From the IMG/VR virus record IMGVR_UViG_3300047557_002876, positions 7,158 to 71,157 of that record: a DNA stretch of 64,000 bases; one strand, written 5' to 3'. Source of the stretch: a virus. Made by a program: the position numbers and the translations under genes. The notes beneath the pieces are model-generated. The model saw only the letters and a list, made by a program, of their open reading frames with translations, had not been told where the DNA came from and ran no database searches. Positions 10,768-19,246 of this stretch are shown piece after piece (positions within the stretch are counted from its first letter, which is position 1; every line of letters starts with the position of its first letter).

Positions 10768-12501
10768 ATGAAATCAGGAGCAAGTGAAAGTTCTTATTAT
10801 TTTCTTGAGGAATATTATAAATTTCCAGAAAATATTATAGTTTCTCATTTACCACAAGAACTTCAACAATCAAATAAACAATTTAAGGTTTTATGGACTC
10901 AGCATTCATATGATCAACCTCATTATGTAAATTTTGACTTTTCAATTTGTGATTTAATTGTATCTCCATCAAACTGGTGTCGAGAACAATTTATTCATTA
11001 TCATCAAATTCCAGAAGATAAAATTGTCGTAATTCCAACTGGAGTATCAAAAAAATTTACTTACTCTATTAAAAAATCAAAAACTTTTATATACACTTCG
11101 ATCCCATACAAGGGTTTGGAAGTTTTAGCACAAATTATTCCTCACGTTCCAGAAGCAACATTTAAGATTTTTTCTGCAATGAATCTATATGATATTGCAG
11201 AAGATCCATACACTGAACTTTATGAGTATCTCAAATCACTTCCAAATGTGATTTATTCGCCAGCAGTGGATCAAGAGGAACTTATTGAGCATTTACAAGA
11301 TGCTGCATTTTTTATTCACCCAAACATCTGGGAAGAAACATTCTGCGTTTCTCTTGCAGAGGCAATGGCATGTGGTTGCTACCCTATTATTACTGATATC
11401 GGTGCAATACCTGAAGTGTCAAATGAGATTGCAACCATAGTGCCAATGGAAGGAATAAGAACCACCAAAGGTTATGAAGTTACTGATAACTTCCTAAATA
11501 ACCTTATAAGTGCCTGCAAGTCAGTATTATATTTTTTTGATAATGACAGGCAATATTATGATCAAATTTCACAATCAGTTTCAAATTATGCAACTGAAAC
11601 TTATGATTGGAAAAAAATTGCAAACGTTTGGAAACAAACATTAGATCCATTCACTAAAAAGACTATGACTGAAAACTGTAATCAATTGCAAATTGTTACT
11701 CCAGAAGAAGCAGTTAATAACGAAGAATATCTTCAACAAGCATTTAAGGAAGTTCTTCGTTGGGAAGAAGCAGATAAAGAACTGGCACAAGGAAGAACTA
11801 ATTTTCAAATTGAGAAGTTTTTCCTTTTAGAGCAATATACAGTTCCTGCAGCTTTTCAAGCAGCAATTAAGAATCGTCGTATTCTTGCTGAGGGGTATAT
11901 GACTAAACTTATTGAGATGAAAGAAAGAGTTCGTGAATTTGAATATCGTTGGGAAGGAAAAGACAAATCAAAACCAGTTGAATGGCATACTTCAGGTCCT
12001 AATGGTTCTTCAACAAAACTTTATTGGTATGATTTGGATTCATTATCTCTTCAAAATTATCTAAAATCGTGCGAACTTGAAATTCGTGATCGTATTCAAC
12101 AAATGAATTTCTTTGATAAGATCATCAATAAACTCATTGAACTTAATGGCGGTAAGACAGTTACTCGTGAACAATTTGAAGCAGAAGATCATGTTTATTG
12201 GGAAAGAAGATTTGCAGAGCAATCTTTAGATGAAATGATTAGTTCTAAAACTGGTATCAGTATTGGCAATTTACATTCGATGAGAAGAGGAACTGCTCCA
12301 ACTTTGGTAAGTGATGATACTAATCGTATTAAGAATGGATATGGTTCTCTTGCAGATGCTCTTAATGATCCAGACAGATTCTTAAATACTTTACAAGAAA
12401 AAGTTCTTCGTGGTATTGAAGAAGTTACAAATACCGATCTTGGTCTAATTGCCCCTGGAACTGAACAACATCAACAACTTTTAGAAACCAGAAATCCATA
12501 A
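10768..12501 (+). CDS. GT-B (GT4-like) glycosyltransferase fused to a helical C-terminal domain
   Basis: YTSIPYKGL and EETFCVSLAEAMACGCYPIITDIGA (ExF...EAMA.G motif). The last ~280 aa are charged and helical. Confidence 0.8.
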   Translation: MKSGASESSYYFLEEYYKFPENIIVSHLPQELQQSNKQFKVLWTQHSYDQPHYVNFDFSICDLIVSPSNWCREQFIHYHQIPEDKIVVIPTGVSKKFTYSIKKSKTFIYTSIPYKGLEVLAQIIPHVPEATFKIFSAMNLYDIAEDPYTELYEYLKSLPNVIYSPAVDQEELIEHLQDAAFFIHPNIWEETFCVSLAEAMACGCYPIITDIGAIPEVSNEIATIVPMEGIRTTKGYEVTDNFLNNLISACKSVLYFFDNDRQYYDQISQSVSNYATETYDWKKIANVWKQTLDPFTKKTMTENCNQLQIVTPEEAVNNEEYLQQAFKEVLRWEEADKELAQGRTNFQIEKFFLLEQYTVPAAFQAAIKNRRILAEGYMTKLIEMKERVREFEYRWEGKDKSKPVEWHTSGPNGSSTKLYWYDLDSLSLQNYLKSCELEIRDRIQQMNFFDKIINKLIELNGGKTVTREQFEAEDHVYWERRFAEQSLDEMISSKTGISIGNLHSMRRGTAPTLVSDDTNRIKNGYGSLADALNDPDRFLNTLQEKVLRGIEEVTNTDLGLIAPGTEQHQQLLETRNP

Positions 12502-12512
12502 GGAGAAAGTAG

Positions 12513-14780
12513 ATGCCGGGAGATGTATTTGGACTTGATGGGATTTATTTCAGTAAATCAAATCCTGTTACAGTTTCTACTATACAAATTAATCAGGCAA
12601 CTTCTGGCGCTGGTATTGCGATTACGGGTGCAACTTTAGACACCTCTGTAGGAATTGCAACTCTTACACTTTCTTCTGCTGCTGGACTTTCAACGACACC
12701 TTTTTATGTAGGTTCTAAAATTGCAGTTTCAGGTCTTGGAGATGCCACTGGAACTGCATACACTGGTTATAATGGCACTTTTATTGTCACTGGATTTGCA
12801 GGAACTACAACAGTTTCTTATGCAACGACTGGATATTTGGGTTCTGTTACTCCAGGTATTACGACAACTGGTTTAGTAATGTTAGTGACTGATAGTCCTG
12901 TTACTAGCACAACTTGGAGTAGTTCTCAAACTCATGGTTGGTTTGGTGGAGGATCACCTCCCTCACCAAGCCCCAATTCATCTTCAATAGATCGTATAGA
13001 TTTTTCTAATGATTCTATATCAGTATCATCAAGAAGTTCATTTAGTGCAGTAAAAGGTAGTTCCGGAGCAACAGGAAATTCTAACTATGGATGGTTTGGT
13101 GGTGGTGCTTCTACAGTAACAATATCAACAGTAGATCGTGTAAATTTTTCTAATGATCTTACTTCTCCCATATCTAGGGGACCATTAAGTTCAACAAGAA
13201 GTAGTTTAGGGGCAACAGGAAATTCTAACTACGGTTGGTTTGGTAGTGGCAATTCTATTATTGGATTACAATCAACAGTAGATCGTATAGATTTTTCTAA
13301 TGATTCTGCAACTGCATCAGTTAGAGGTCAATTAACCTTATCAAAATGGAATGTCCAATCAGCAGGAAATATAAATTATGGTTGGTTTGCTGGTGGTAAT
13401 ATACCTCCTCTTAACTCAATATCTACTGTAGATCGTATAGATTTTTCTAATGATTCTTCAACATCATCTGTTAGAGGATCATTAAGCTCCGCTAAAGAAT
13501 CTATTGGTGCAGCAGGAAACTATGACTATGGTTGGTTTGGTGCAGGTGTAAGATTTCCAACTCCAGCAGTACAGTTATCAACCGTAGATCGTATAAATTT
13601 TTCCAATGATTTGACAACTGCATTGGTCAGAGGTCCTTTAAGTTCTACCAGATATGGTTTAGGGGCGACTGGAAATTTTAATTATGGTTGGTTTGGTGGC
13701 GGAACGACAGGCACTCCAAGATTATCAACAGTAGATCGTATAGATTTCTCTAATGATTCCGTAACTGCATCAATTAGAGGTTCATTAAGTGAATCTAAAT
13801 GGGCTACGGCAGCGACATCTGGACAAGCAAAGTCTTCTAGTATTCTTAACCAACAAACAGGTAATTTTGGTTGGTTTGGAGGTGGAGGATCTTTCCCTGG
13901 AGTAGCAACATCTGCAGTTTCAAGAATAAACTTTTCTAATGATTCTGTAACTGCATCCCCAAGAGGACCGTTAAGTTCGTCAAAATTTACCATGGCTGCA
14001 TCCAGCAATTCTGCTTATGGGTGGTTTAATGGGGGAGTATCAACCTTTCCTGGCACTACCCTGAGCACGACGGATCGTATAAATTTTTCTAACGATTCTG
14101 TGGCAATGATCACCAGAACTGCACTTAGACTTAGATCTCGGTTTGCTTCAGTTGGAAACTCTAATTATGGTTGGTTTGGTGGGGGATTTATTTCCCCTGC
14201 AGTAACTTCAATAGTAGATCGTATAAATTTTTCCGATGATTCTATGGTTAATTTGCTTAAAGGACCTTTATCGTTAGCAAGAAGAAATTTAGCGGCAACA
14301 GGAAACTCTAACTATGGTTGGTTTGGTGGCGGATATATTAGCAGTGTAAACAGGGTATCATTAATAGATCGTGTAGATTTTTCTAATGATTTTTTGACTG
14401 CATCAACAAGAGGTTCATTAAGTTCACAAATATATGACTTAGCAGCAACAGGAAATTCTAATTATGGTTGGTGGTGTGGAGGTGTAGGTCCTGGAGGGGT
14501 ATTTCAATCCACAGTAGAACGTTCTGATTTCTCTAATGACTCTGCATCTACATCTATTAGGGGACCATTAAGTACAGCACGAATTACTTTTGCTGGAACC
14601 GGCAACTCTAACTATGGTTGGTTTGGTGGAGGTTATACTCCGGCTACGCCTAGTACTACCACAAGAAGTTCAGTTGATAGAATAAATTTTTCTAATGATT
14701 TAGTTGCAGCAATTCCCAGAGGAACTTTGCATTACAGTCCATTAAGTAAACCAACGGCAACTTCAAATACTACAAGATAA
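12513..14780 (+). CDS. Kelch-like repeat protein 3 with an extra N-terminal beta domain
   Basis: 12 repeats, a DVFGL N-terminus and a ~120-aa insertion (..YNGTFIVT..). Confidence 0.75.
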   Translation: MPGDVFGLDGIYFSKSNPVTVSTIQINQATSGAGIAITGATLDTSVGIATLTLSSAAGLSTTPFYVGSKIAVSGLGDATGTAYTGYNGTFIVTGFAGTTTVSYATTGYLGSVTPGITTTGLVMLVTDSPVTSTTWSSSQTHGWFGGGSPPSPSPNSSSIDRIDFSNDSISVSSRSSFSAVKGSSGATGNSNYGWFGGGASTVTISTVDRVNFSNDLTSPISRGPLSSTRSSLGATGNSNYGWFGSGNSIIGLQSTVDRIDFSNDSATASVRGQLTLSKWNVQSAGNINYGWFAGGNIPPLNSISTVDRIDFSNDSSTSSVRGSLSSAKESIGAAGNYDYGWFGAGVRFPTPAVQLSTVDRINFSNDLTTALVRGPLSSTRYGLGATGNFNYGWFGGGTTGTPRLSTVDRIDFSNDSVTASIRGSLSESKWATAATSGQAKSSSILNQQTGNFGWFGGGGSFPGVATSAVSRINFSNDSVTASPRGPLSSSKFTMAASSNSAYGWFNGGVSTFPGTTLSTTDRINFSNDSVAMITRTALRLRSRFASVGNSNYGWFGGGFISPAVTSIVDRINFSDDSMVNLLKGPLSLARRNLAATGNSNYGWFGGGYISSVNRVSLIDRVDFSNDFLTASTRGSLSSQIYDLAATGNSNYGWWCGGVGPGGVFQSTVERSDFSNDSASTSIRGPLSTARITFAGTGNSNYGWFGGGYTPATPSTTTRSSVDRINFSNDLVAAIPRGTLHYSPLSKPTATSNTTR

Positions 14781-14804
14781 ATATCTAAAAATACATTATT
14801 CAAA

Positions 14805-15455
14805 ATGAATTTATTATCAAATATTTTGATTGCCCCAAAAGTCATCAGTCCAGAAGGAATTGATGCTTTGGTTCATCATATGAAAACGTCAAAGACAGAA
14901 GATCTTTCAGTATTTGACCCAGACAAATCCAATCAAACTAGACAGACTGAATGGATTACTGATAAGAAGACTAGAGATACTCAAATTGCACCAATTGAAC
15001 CTGTGTTTCCTCAGGTCAATGAATTAATGCATAACATTGTAAAGCAGGTTATTAACCCGTTTTATCAGTTTGAGGTTGATAGTAGTGAGGTTCCACAACT
15101 ACTTTGCTATGGTGTAGGGGGTCATTACCAACCCCACATTGATGGTGAAGGTATGTGGACTGCTCCAGATCAAACTCAGGTGTGGAGAAAAACCATAGAT
15201 CGAGATTTGTCTATGGTCTTATATTTGAATGATGATTTTGAAGGCGGTGATTTTGTATTTCCAAATCTTCATATTCGTATTCGCCCAGAACCTGGTCTTT
15301 TAGTTTGCTTCCCCTCAAACAGATATTATCTACATGGAGTTGAACCTGTAACTAAAGGTGATAGGTATTCTATGGTAACTTGGATGACTGTTAAAGGATT
15401 TGAGAGCATGGAAACTCAATGCAATAATCTCAAATCTAAATATGGAGTCTGCTAA
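14805..15455 (+). CDS. Prolyl 4-hydroxylase-like 2OG-Fe(II) oxygenase
   Basis: Y..GGHY.PHID, RDLSMVLYLNDDFEGG, HGVEPVTKGDRY (HxD...H...R). Confidence 0.9.
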   Translation: MNLLSNILIAPKVISPEGIDALVHHMKTSKTEDLSVFDPDKSNQTRQTEWITDKKTRDTQIAPIEPVFPQVNELMHNIVKQVINPFYQFEVDSSEVPQLLCYGVGGHYQPHIDGEGMWTAPDQTQVWRKTIDRDLSMVLYLNDDFEGGDFVFPNLHIRIRPEPGLLVCFPSNRYYLHGVEPVTKGDRYSMVTWMTVKGFESMETQCNNLKSKYGVC

Positions 15456-15483
15456 TAAATATCAAAAGTTAAATTAATTTTTT

Positions 15484-15747
15484 ATGTACATCAAGCACTA
15501 TTGGGTAATTTATCCAAGTTTAGATAGATTTTTAATTGAAGCAAACGAAGTTCCTAAAACTCATCCGCCAATCAAAGGTTTAGATGTTAAATACTGGTTG
15601 ACGGATGATAATGGAGTTGATTATTGTTTATCTGTCTGTGATGATGATGCAGTTCTTCCTGGAGGAAATGGTGTAACTCAACTAACAGAAGAAGAATGGA
15701 TTACTCTTACAACTCCACTCATTGAATCTTCTCAAGAAAATACTTGA
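15484..15747 (+). CDS. Hypothetical protein
   Basis: ORF in the co-oriented block, downstream of a TAAATA motif. Confidence 0.6.
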   Translation: MYIKHYWVIYPSLDRFLIEANEVPKTHPPIKGLDVKYWLTDDNGVDYCLSVCDDDAVLPGGNGVTQLTEEEWITLTTPLIESSQENT

Positions 15748-15771
15748 CATTTCTAGGGATTTATTTTAATC

Positions 15772-15779
15772 TATAAATA
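15772..15779 (+). promoter_or_regulatory. T4-type late promoter TATAAATA
   Basis: Exact consensus in an intergenic gap. Related (A/C)TAAATA motifs precede many late genes (about 7386, 14778, 15456, 26412, 46863, 48219, 49032, 54460, 57563). Confidence 0.65.
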
Positions 15780-15803
15780 ATTTCGCAGCGCACATGAATT
15801 GCA

Positions 15804-16010
15804 ATGACAGAACAAAGACAGCATTTACAATCTATTATTCAGCAACAAAAAACTTTACTTGATGAAATTCAAGATCTTAATAATAAAATTTTAGAAAAGA
15901 AGGAAATAGTTTTAAAAATGCAAGGCGTAATTGAATATCTTCAGCAGATTGGAGTATCACTGGAAGAACCCCCTTCAACTGAAGAAGCACAAACTTCTGT
16001 GGAAGAATGA
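15804..16010 (+). CDS. Small coiled-coil hypothetical protein
   Basis: Heptad-like Q/L/K/E pattern. Confidence 0.6.
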   Translation: MTEQRQHLQSIIQQQKTLLDEIQDLNNKILEKKEIVLKMQGVIEYLQQIGVSLEEPPSTEEAQTSVEE

Positions 16011-16011
16011 T

Positions 16012-16248
16012 ATGAATTTTGCAGTATATTCTAAAGAAGGTTGTCCATATTGCTATAAAGTTAAGCAAGTTCTGGAGTTGACTGGAAGTAAGTTCGTGGT
16101 GTATAATCTCAATGAGCACTTCACCAAAGACGAATTTTATGCCGAGTTTGGTAAGGGTGCTACATTTCCTCAGGTGGTTTGTGATGACAAAAAACTTGGG
16201 GGGTGTACAGACACCGTAAAATATCTTAAAGAACAACAAATTGTCTAG
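16012..16248 (+). CDS. nrdC: Glutaredoxin
   Basis: MNFAVYSKEGCPYC...TFPQV...LGGCTD. The true start is ATG 16012. Confidence 0.9.
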   Translation: MNFAVYSKEGCPYCYKVKQVLELTGSKFVVYNLNEHFTKDEFYAEFGKGATFPQVVCDDKKLGGCTDTVKYLKEQQIV

Positions 16249-16456
16249 TAAAAACATAAATAATAATAACCACATGAATCGTGGTGTTGAAGTTCTTTTA
16301 CATGGAGGAAAAAGAAAGCAAACCTATCCATTTCACATCATATTTGAGAAAATGGTTTGCTTTCTCAATCGGGAAGTAACCATTTATTTTGAATTTTCCT
16401 TCAAATCAAGGAAAACAAAAGTAGTTTCCCGGAGAAAAAGAAATGTTAGCAACTAG
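16241..16456 (+). CDS. Conserved cyanophage hypothetical protein
   Basis: Overlapping ORF in the operon, with an NRGVE.LL motif. Confidence 0.55.
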   Translation: MSSKNINNNNHMNRGVEVLLHGGKRKQTYPFHIIFEKMVCFLNREVTIYFEFSFKSRKTKVVSRRKRNVSN

Positions 16457-16673
16457 TTTGGTATTTGGTTGTTTTTTAACTATCCTATTTCTTATAGTAG
16501 GTCTTGTTACAGGTTGGGTTGCTAGAGAGTATATGATGAATTATCAAGATAAACCAAAACTTCACCCTGAATTTTTTGATAATAATGGAAATGTTATTCC
16601 AGATGAAGTTTTAGCAATTAGTTTCAATCCAGATTATTTTGATGATGATGAACTTGAAGATGATGAAGATTAA
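16443..16673 (+). CDS. Small membrane protein (single TM, acidic tail)
   Basis: N-terminal hydrophobic helix, HPEFFD.NGN motif, D/E-rich end. Confidence 0.7.
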   Translation: MLATSLVFGCFLTILFLIVGLVTGWVAREYMMNYQDKPKLHPEFFDNNGNVIPDEVLAISFNPDYFDDDELEDDED

Positions 16674-16709
16674 CTAAATACCATAAATCATTTTAGATTT
16701 TGAATTGAT

Positions 16710-17327
16710 ATGACAACAACAACGAAGAAAGCAACAGCGACAACAAAAGCAAAAACGGTTCAAGCAAAAAAACCTGCTTCAACTCCTGTTGCAGATAACC
16801 TTCCAAAAAATCCTTTTATTTTTGAGGTATTGGATCTTGCTTCACGGCAAAGGTCTAATGCTAAAAAAGTAGAGGTTCTTAAAAAATACGAAGATCCTTC
16901 ATTGAAAGCAATTTTTATTTGGAATTTTGATGAAAGTGTAATTTCTATGCTACCTGAAGGACCAGTCCCTTATTCAGAGTTTGACGATCAAACTGTGAAT
17001 AGTGGTACTCTTTCTACAAAAATTACGGAAGAAGTTAGGAAGATGCATGAGACTGGATCATTTTCTATGGGGTCATCCGATAAGCAAGGTCATACCACTA
17101 TTCGTAAGGAATATAAAAACTTTTATCATTTCATTAAAGGTGGAAATGATGGGATGAGCAATATTCGTAGAGAATCAATGTTTATTAATCTTTTGCAAGG
17201 TCTTCACCCATTAGAAGCAGAAATTCTATGTCTTATAAAAGATAAAAAACTTGATACCCGATACAAAATTACTAAAGAAATTGTTTCCGAATCTTATCCT
17301 GATATTACTTGGGGAGGTCGTTCGTGA
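16710..17327 (+). CDS. Conserved T4-like phage hypothetical protein
   Basis: WNFD...LPEG.VPY and RRE.MFI.LL.GLHP.EA motifs. Confidence 0.75.
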   Translation: MTTTTKKATATTKAKTVQAKKPASTPVADNLPKNPFIFEVLDLASRQRSNAKKVEVLKKYEDPSLKAIFIWNFDESVISMLPEGPVPYSEFDDQTVNSGTLSTKITEEVRKMHETGSFSMGSSDKQGHTTIRKEYKNFYHFIKGGNDGMSNIRRESMFINLLQGLHPLEAEILCLIKDKKLDTRYKITKEIVSESYPDITWGGRS

Positions 17328-17668
17328 GTACAGTTAGTAGTGTAAAAAAGGAGACACTAAAAGTGGAATGGACACCTGAAGAAAAAAAAGATATTCCTCC
17401 TCTTTATGGTTGTGAAATTCTACTTGAAAATACAACAATGGATCTGGTTAAAGACCCATCATTCCCAAATGATGCTTACATTGTAGTCTATCAAGTTAAT
17501 AATAAAAAGTATATTGATCTTTGTAGAGGAAATAGAATTCGTATTTTTGACTTATACTACGATAAGTTTGGACCAGGATCAGTGCAAAAAATTGACTGGG
17601 GTTATGGTAGAGTCAACCCTAGAATTTGGGGATACAAGGCATCCCCCAAAACCAAAAAGCGTAAGTGA
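17324..17668 (+). CDS. Conserved cyanophage hypothetical protein
   Basis: IFD.YYD and GYGRVNPRIWG motifs; start uncertain. Confidence 0.65.
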   Translation: MSTVSSVKKETLKVEWTPEEKKDIPPLYGCEILLENTTMDLVKDPSFPNDAYIVVYQVNNKKYIDLCRGNRIRIFDLYYDKFGPGSVQKIDWGYGRVNPRIWGYKASPKTKKRK

Positions 17669-17727
17669 TTTCCCGGAGTGTCAAAAAAATTTTTCAGTAA
17701 AATTTTTATGTAAAGGTTTTTTAAAAT

Positions 17728-17743
17728 TGTATCCTATTTTACA
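17728..17743 (+). promoter_or_regulatory. NtcA-binding site (TGTA-N8-TACA), probably repressive
   Basis: tGTAtcctatttTACa, 13 nt upstream of a TAN3T -10 (TAAATT, 17756-17761) and 25 nt upstream of the riboswitch. Confidence 0.6.
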
Positions 17744-17767
17744 AAAAAACTTTTATAAATTTATATA

Positions 17768-17863
17768 CGTTCATCGCTTATAGCGACGGAAGTAAGCCGA
17801 CGCGGAACGGATCGTTCATTCGCTATTTCGAAATAGCGAACGCAAACGCCGACTGAAGGAACG
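17768..17863 (+). ncRNA. Tandem glutamine riboswitch aptamers (glnA / Downstream-peptide type)
   Basis: Two units, 17768-17809 and 17813-17863, each CGTTCA-hairpin-ACG(G/C)AA..GCCGAC..GGAACG with a closing CGTTC/GAACG stem, directly 5' of a YRG-peptide ORF. Confidence 0.8.
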
Positions 17864-17894
17864 CAAATTTACTTTTAGTAAAGGAGCAAACCTA

Positions 17895-18023
17895 ATGTCT
17901 CAAGTAGTATATCGTGGTGTCCCATACGACACCCAAGTTCGTCGTCAACAACAGGTTCAACAACAACCTCAACAATACAACGAAACCTATCGTGGTGTTA
18001 AGTTTGTAAAGGAGGTAAAGTGA
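17895..18023 (+). CDS. DUF4278-like 'downstream peptide' (42 aa, two YRG motifs)
   Basis: MSQVVYRGVPYDTQVRRQQQVQQQPQQYNETYRGVKFVKEVK, with SD AAAGGAG at 17880-17886. Confidence 0.8.
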   Translation: MSQVVYRGVPYDTQVRRQQQVQQQPQQYNETYRGVKFVKEVK

Positions 18024-18118
18024 TGAAAAAACTCAATGTTCTTCAACTTATTAAAGAGCAAAAGCAAAAAGAAAGTCGTCGTCATAAAGCACTTCTTATA
18101 AACGCAGGAGCAAAATAA
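18023..18118 (+). CDS. 31-aa basic peptide
   Basis: MKKLNVLQLIKEQKQKESRRHKALLINAGAK; TGATG overlap with the previous ORF and an AGGAGG SD. Confidence 0.65.
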   Translation: MKKLNVLQLIKEQKQKESRRHKALLINAGAK

Positions 18119-18201
18119 TGTTAGTTCTTGCACAAATCACAGTTGGATCTGCCGCTTTAATTGCACTTCTATCATTGTATATTCAGTGGATTTACAAATA
18201 A
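18118..18201 (+). CDS. 27-aa single-TM peptide
   Basis: MLVLAQITVGSAALIALLSLYIQWIYK; TAATG overlap and an AGGAG SD. Confidence 0.6.
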   Translation: MLVLAQITVGSAALIALLSLYIQWIYK

Positions 18202-18211
18202 ATTTGATTTT

Positions 18212-18240
18212 AGGGAAGATTGACTTCTTCCCTTTTTTTG
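18212..18240 (+). terminator. Rho-independent terminator with an overlapping sigma70 promoter (TTGACT 18220, 17 nt, TAAAAT 18243)
   Basis: agggaaga-ttgact-tcttccct followed by a T run. Confidence 0.75.
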
Positions 18241-18269
18241 TGTAAAATGTTGAGAGAGAACTATGAGGT

Positions 18270-18428
18270 ATGGACAGGGAAAAACTAAAACTTATTGTTC
18301 GTAATCTTGAGTTGCTTGTAGATTCTCTGAAAGCGGAAGTCTATTCTGATGCTAAAGCATACAAGTATGATGACATTAAACCAAAATACCTTGATTACGA
18401 CGAAATCTTTGAAGAGGACAATGACTAG
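18270..18428 (+). CDS. Conserved cyanophage hypothetical protein (52 aa), absent from the ORF track
   Basis: MDREKLKLIVRNLELLVDSLKAEVYSD...DYDEIFEEDND. Confidence 0.7.
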   Translation: MDREKLKLIVRNLELLVDSLKAEVYSDAKAYKYDDIKPKYLDYDEIFEEDND

Positions 18429-18588
18429 TAGGGCAAAAAAACTTGTAAAATTGCTTGAGAAACTTACCAAGCAAGATCATCTCTATACTGGAGAACAACT
18501 TAAAGAAATGAAATCACAACTGCGAGTAGTTAAAAAAGAACTTGCAGAACTTGAAGCACAAACATCAAAGGGATTTGGAAAGAAATGA
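18421..18588 (+). CDS. Small coiled-coil hypothetical protein ending KGFGKK
   Basis: Overlaps both neighbours; MTSRAKKLVKLLEKL... Confidence 0.65.
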   Translation: MTSRAKKLVKLLEKLTKQDHLYTGEQLKEMKSQLRVVKKELAELEAQTSKGFGKK

Positions 18589-19220
18589 GCGTAAAACTTA
18601 TTAGTGTTACTCCTGATGCAGAAAAAACAATGGCATATGTTGCTAGAGTTAGCAATCCAGCGAATCAAGACAACGAAAACTATGCCAAGTTGCTTGCTTA
18701 TTGTATTAAGCATAATCATTGGTCTGTGTTTGAACAGTCTTTTATGACTCTTGAAATTGAAACGAATCGTGGTATTGCTGCTCAAATTCTGCGCCATCGG
18801 TCATTCACATATCAAGAATTTTCACAACGTTATGCAGATTCTTCTCTGCTAGGTGAAACAATTCCTGTTCCAGAACTTCGCCGTCAAGATACGAAGAATC
18901 GTCAGAACTCTATTGATGATCTTTCTGAAGAACTTAAAGCGGATCTATGGTTGAAAATTAATGATCATTTTAAGGCAGGTATGGAACTCTACAAGGAACT
19001 TCTTGATGCTGAGGTGGCAAAGGAGTGTGCAAGGTTTGTATTGCCTCTAGCAACACCAACAAAAATTTATATGTCTGGTTCGTGCAGGTCGTGGATTCAT
19101 TATATTAATCTTCGCTCTGCAAATGGTACTCAAAAAGAGCACATGGATATTGCACTTGCTTGTAAAGAAGTCTTTAAGCAACAATTTCCTTCAGTTTCAC
19201 AAGCACTGGAGTGGATCTAA
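18585..19220 (+). CDS. thyX: FAD-dependent thymidylate synthase
   Basis: HWSVFE, ThyX motif RHRSFTYQEFSQRY, ARFVLP and Q.EH. Confidence 0.95.
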   Translation: MSVKLISVTPDAEKTMAYVARVSNPANQDNENYAKLLAYCIKHNHWSVFEQSFMTLEIETNRGIAAQILRHRSFTYQEFSQRYADSSLLGETIPVPELRRQDTKNRQNSIDDLSEELKADLWLKINDHFKAGMELYKELLDAEVAKECARFVLPLATPTKIYMSGSCRSWIHYINLRSANGTQKEHMDIALACKEVFKQQFPSVSQALEWI

Positions 19221-19246
19221 ATAAATTATCTTGATTTCATAACTTT

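Noticed and set aside
5531-14780. Regularly spaced conserved DNA repeats with variable spacers, resembling a CRISPR array or DGR variable repeats
   Set aside because: The repeats are in-frame protein repeats with synonymous variation. There is no cas or reverse transcriptase gene in the window and no adenine-specific TR/VR pair was seen.
17514-17783. 89-aa ORF in the track
   Set aside because: It overlaps a real gene and the AT-rich promoter/NtcA/riboswitch region, and is not protein-like.
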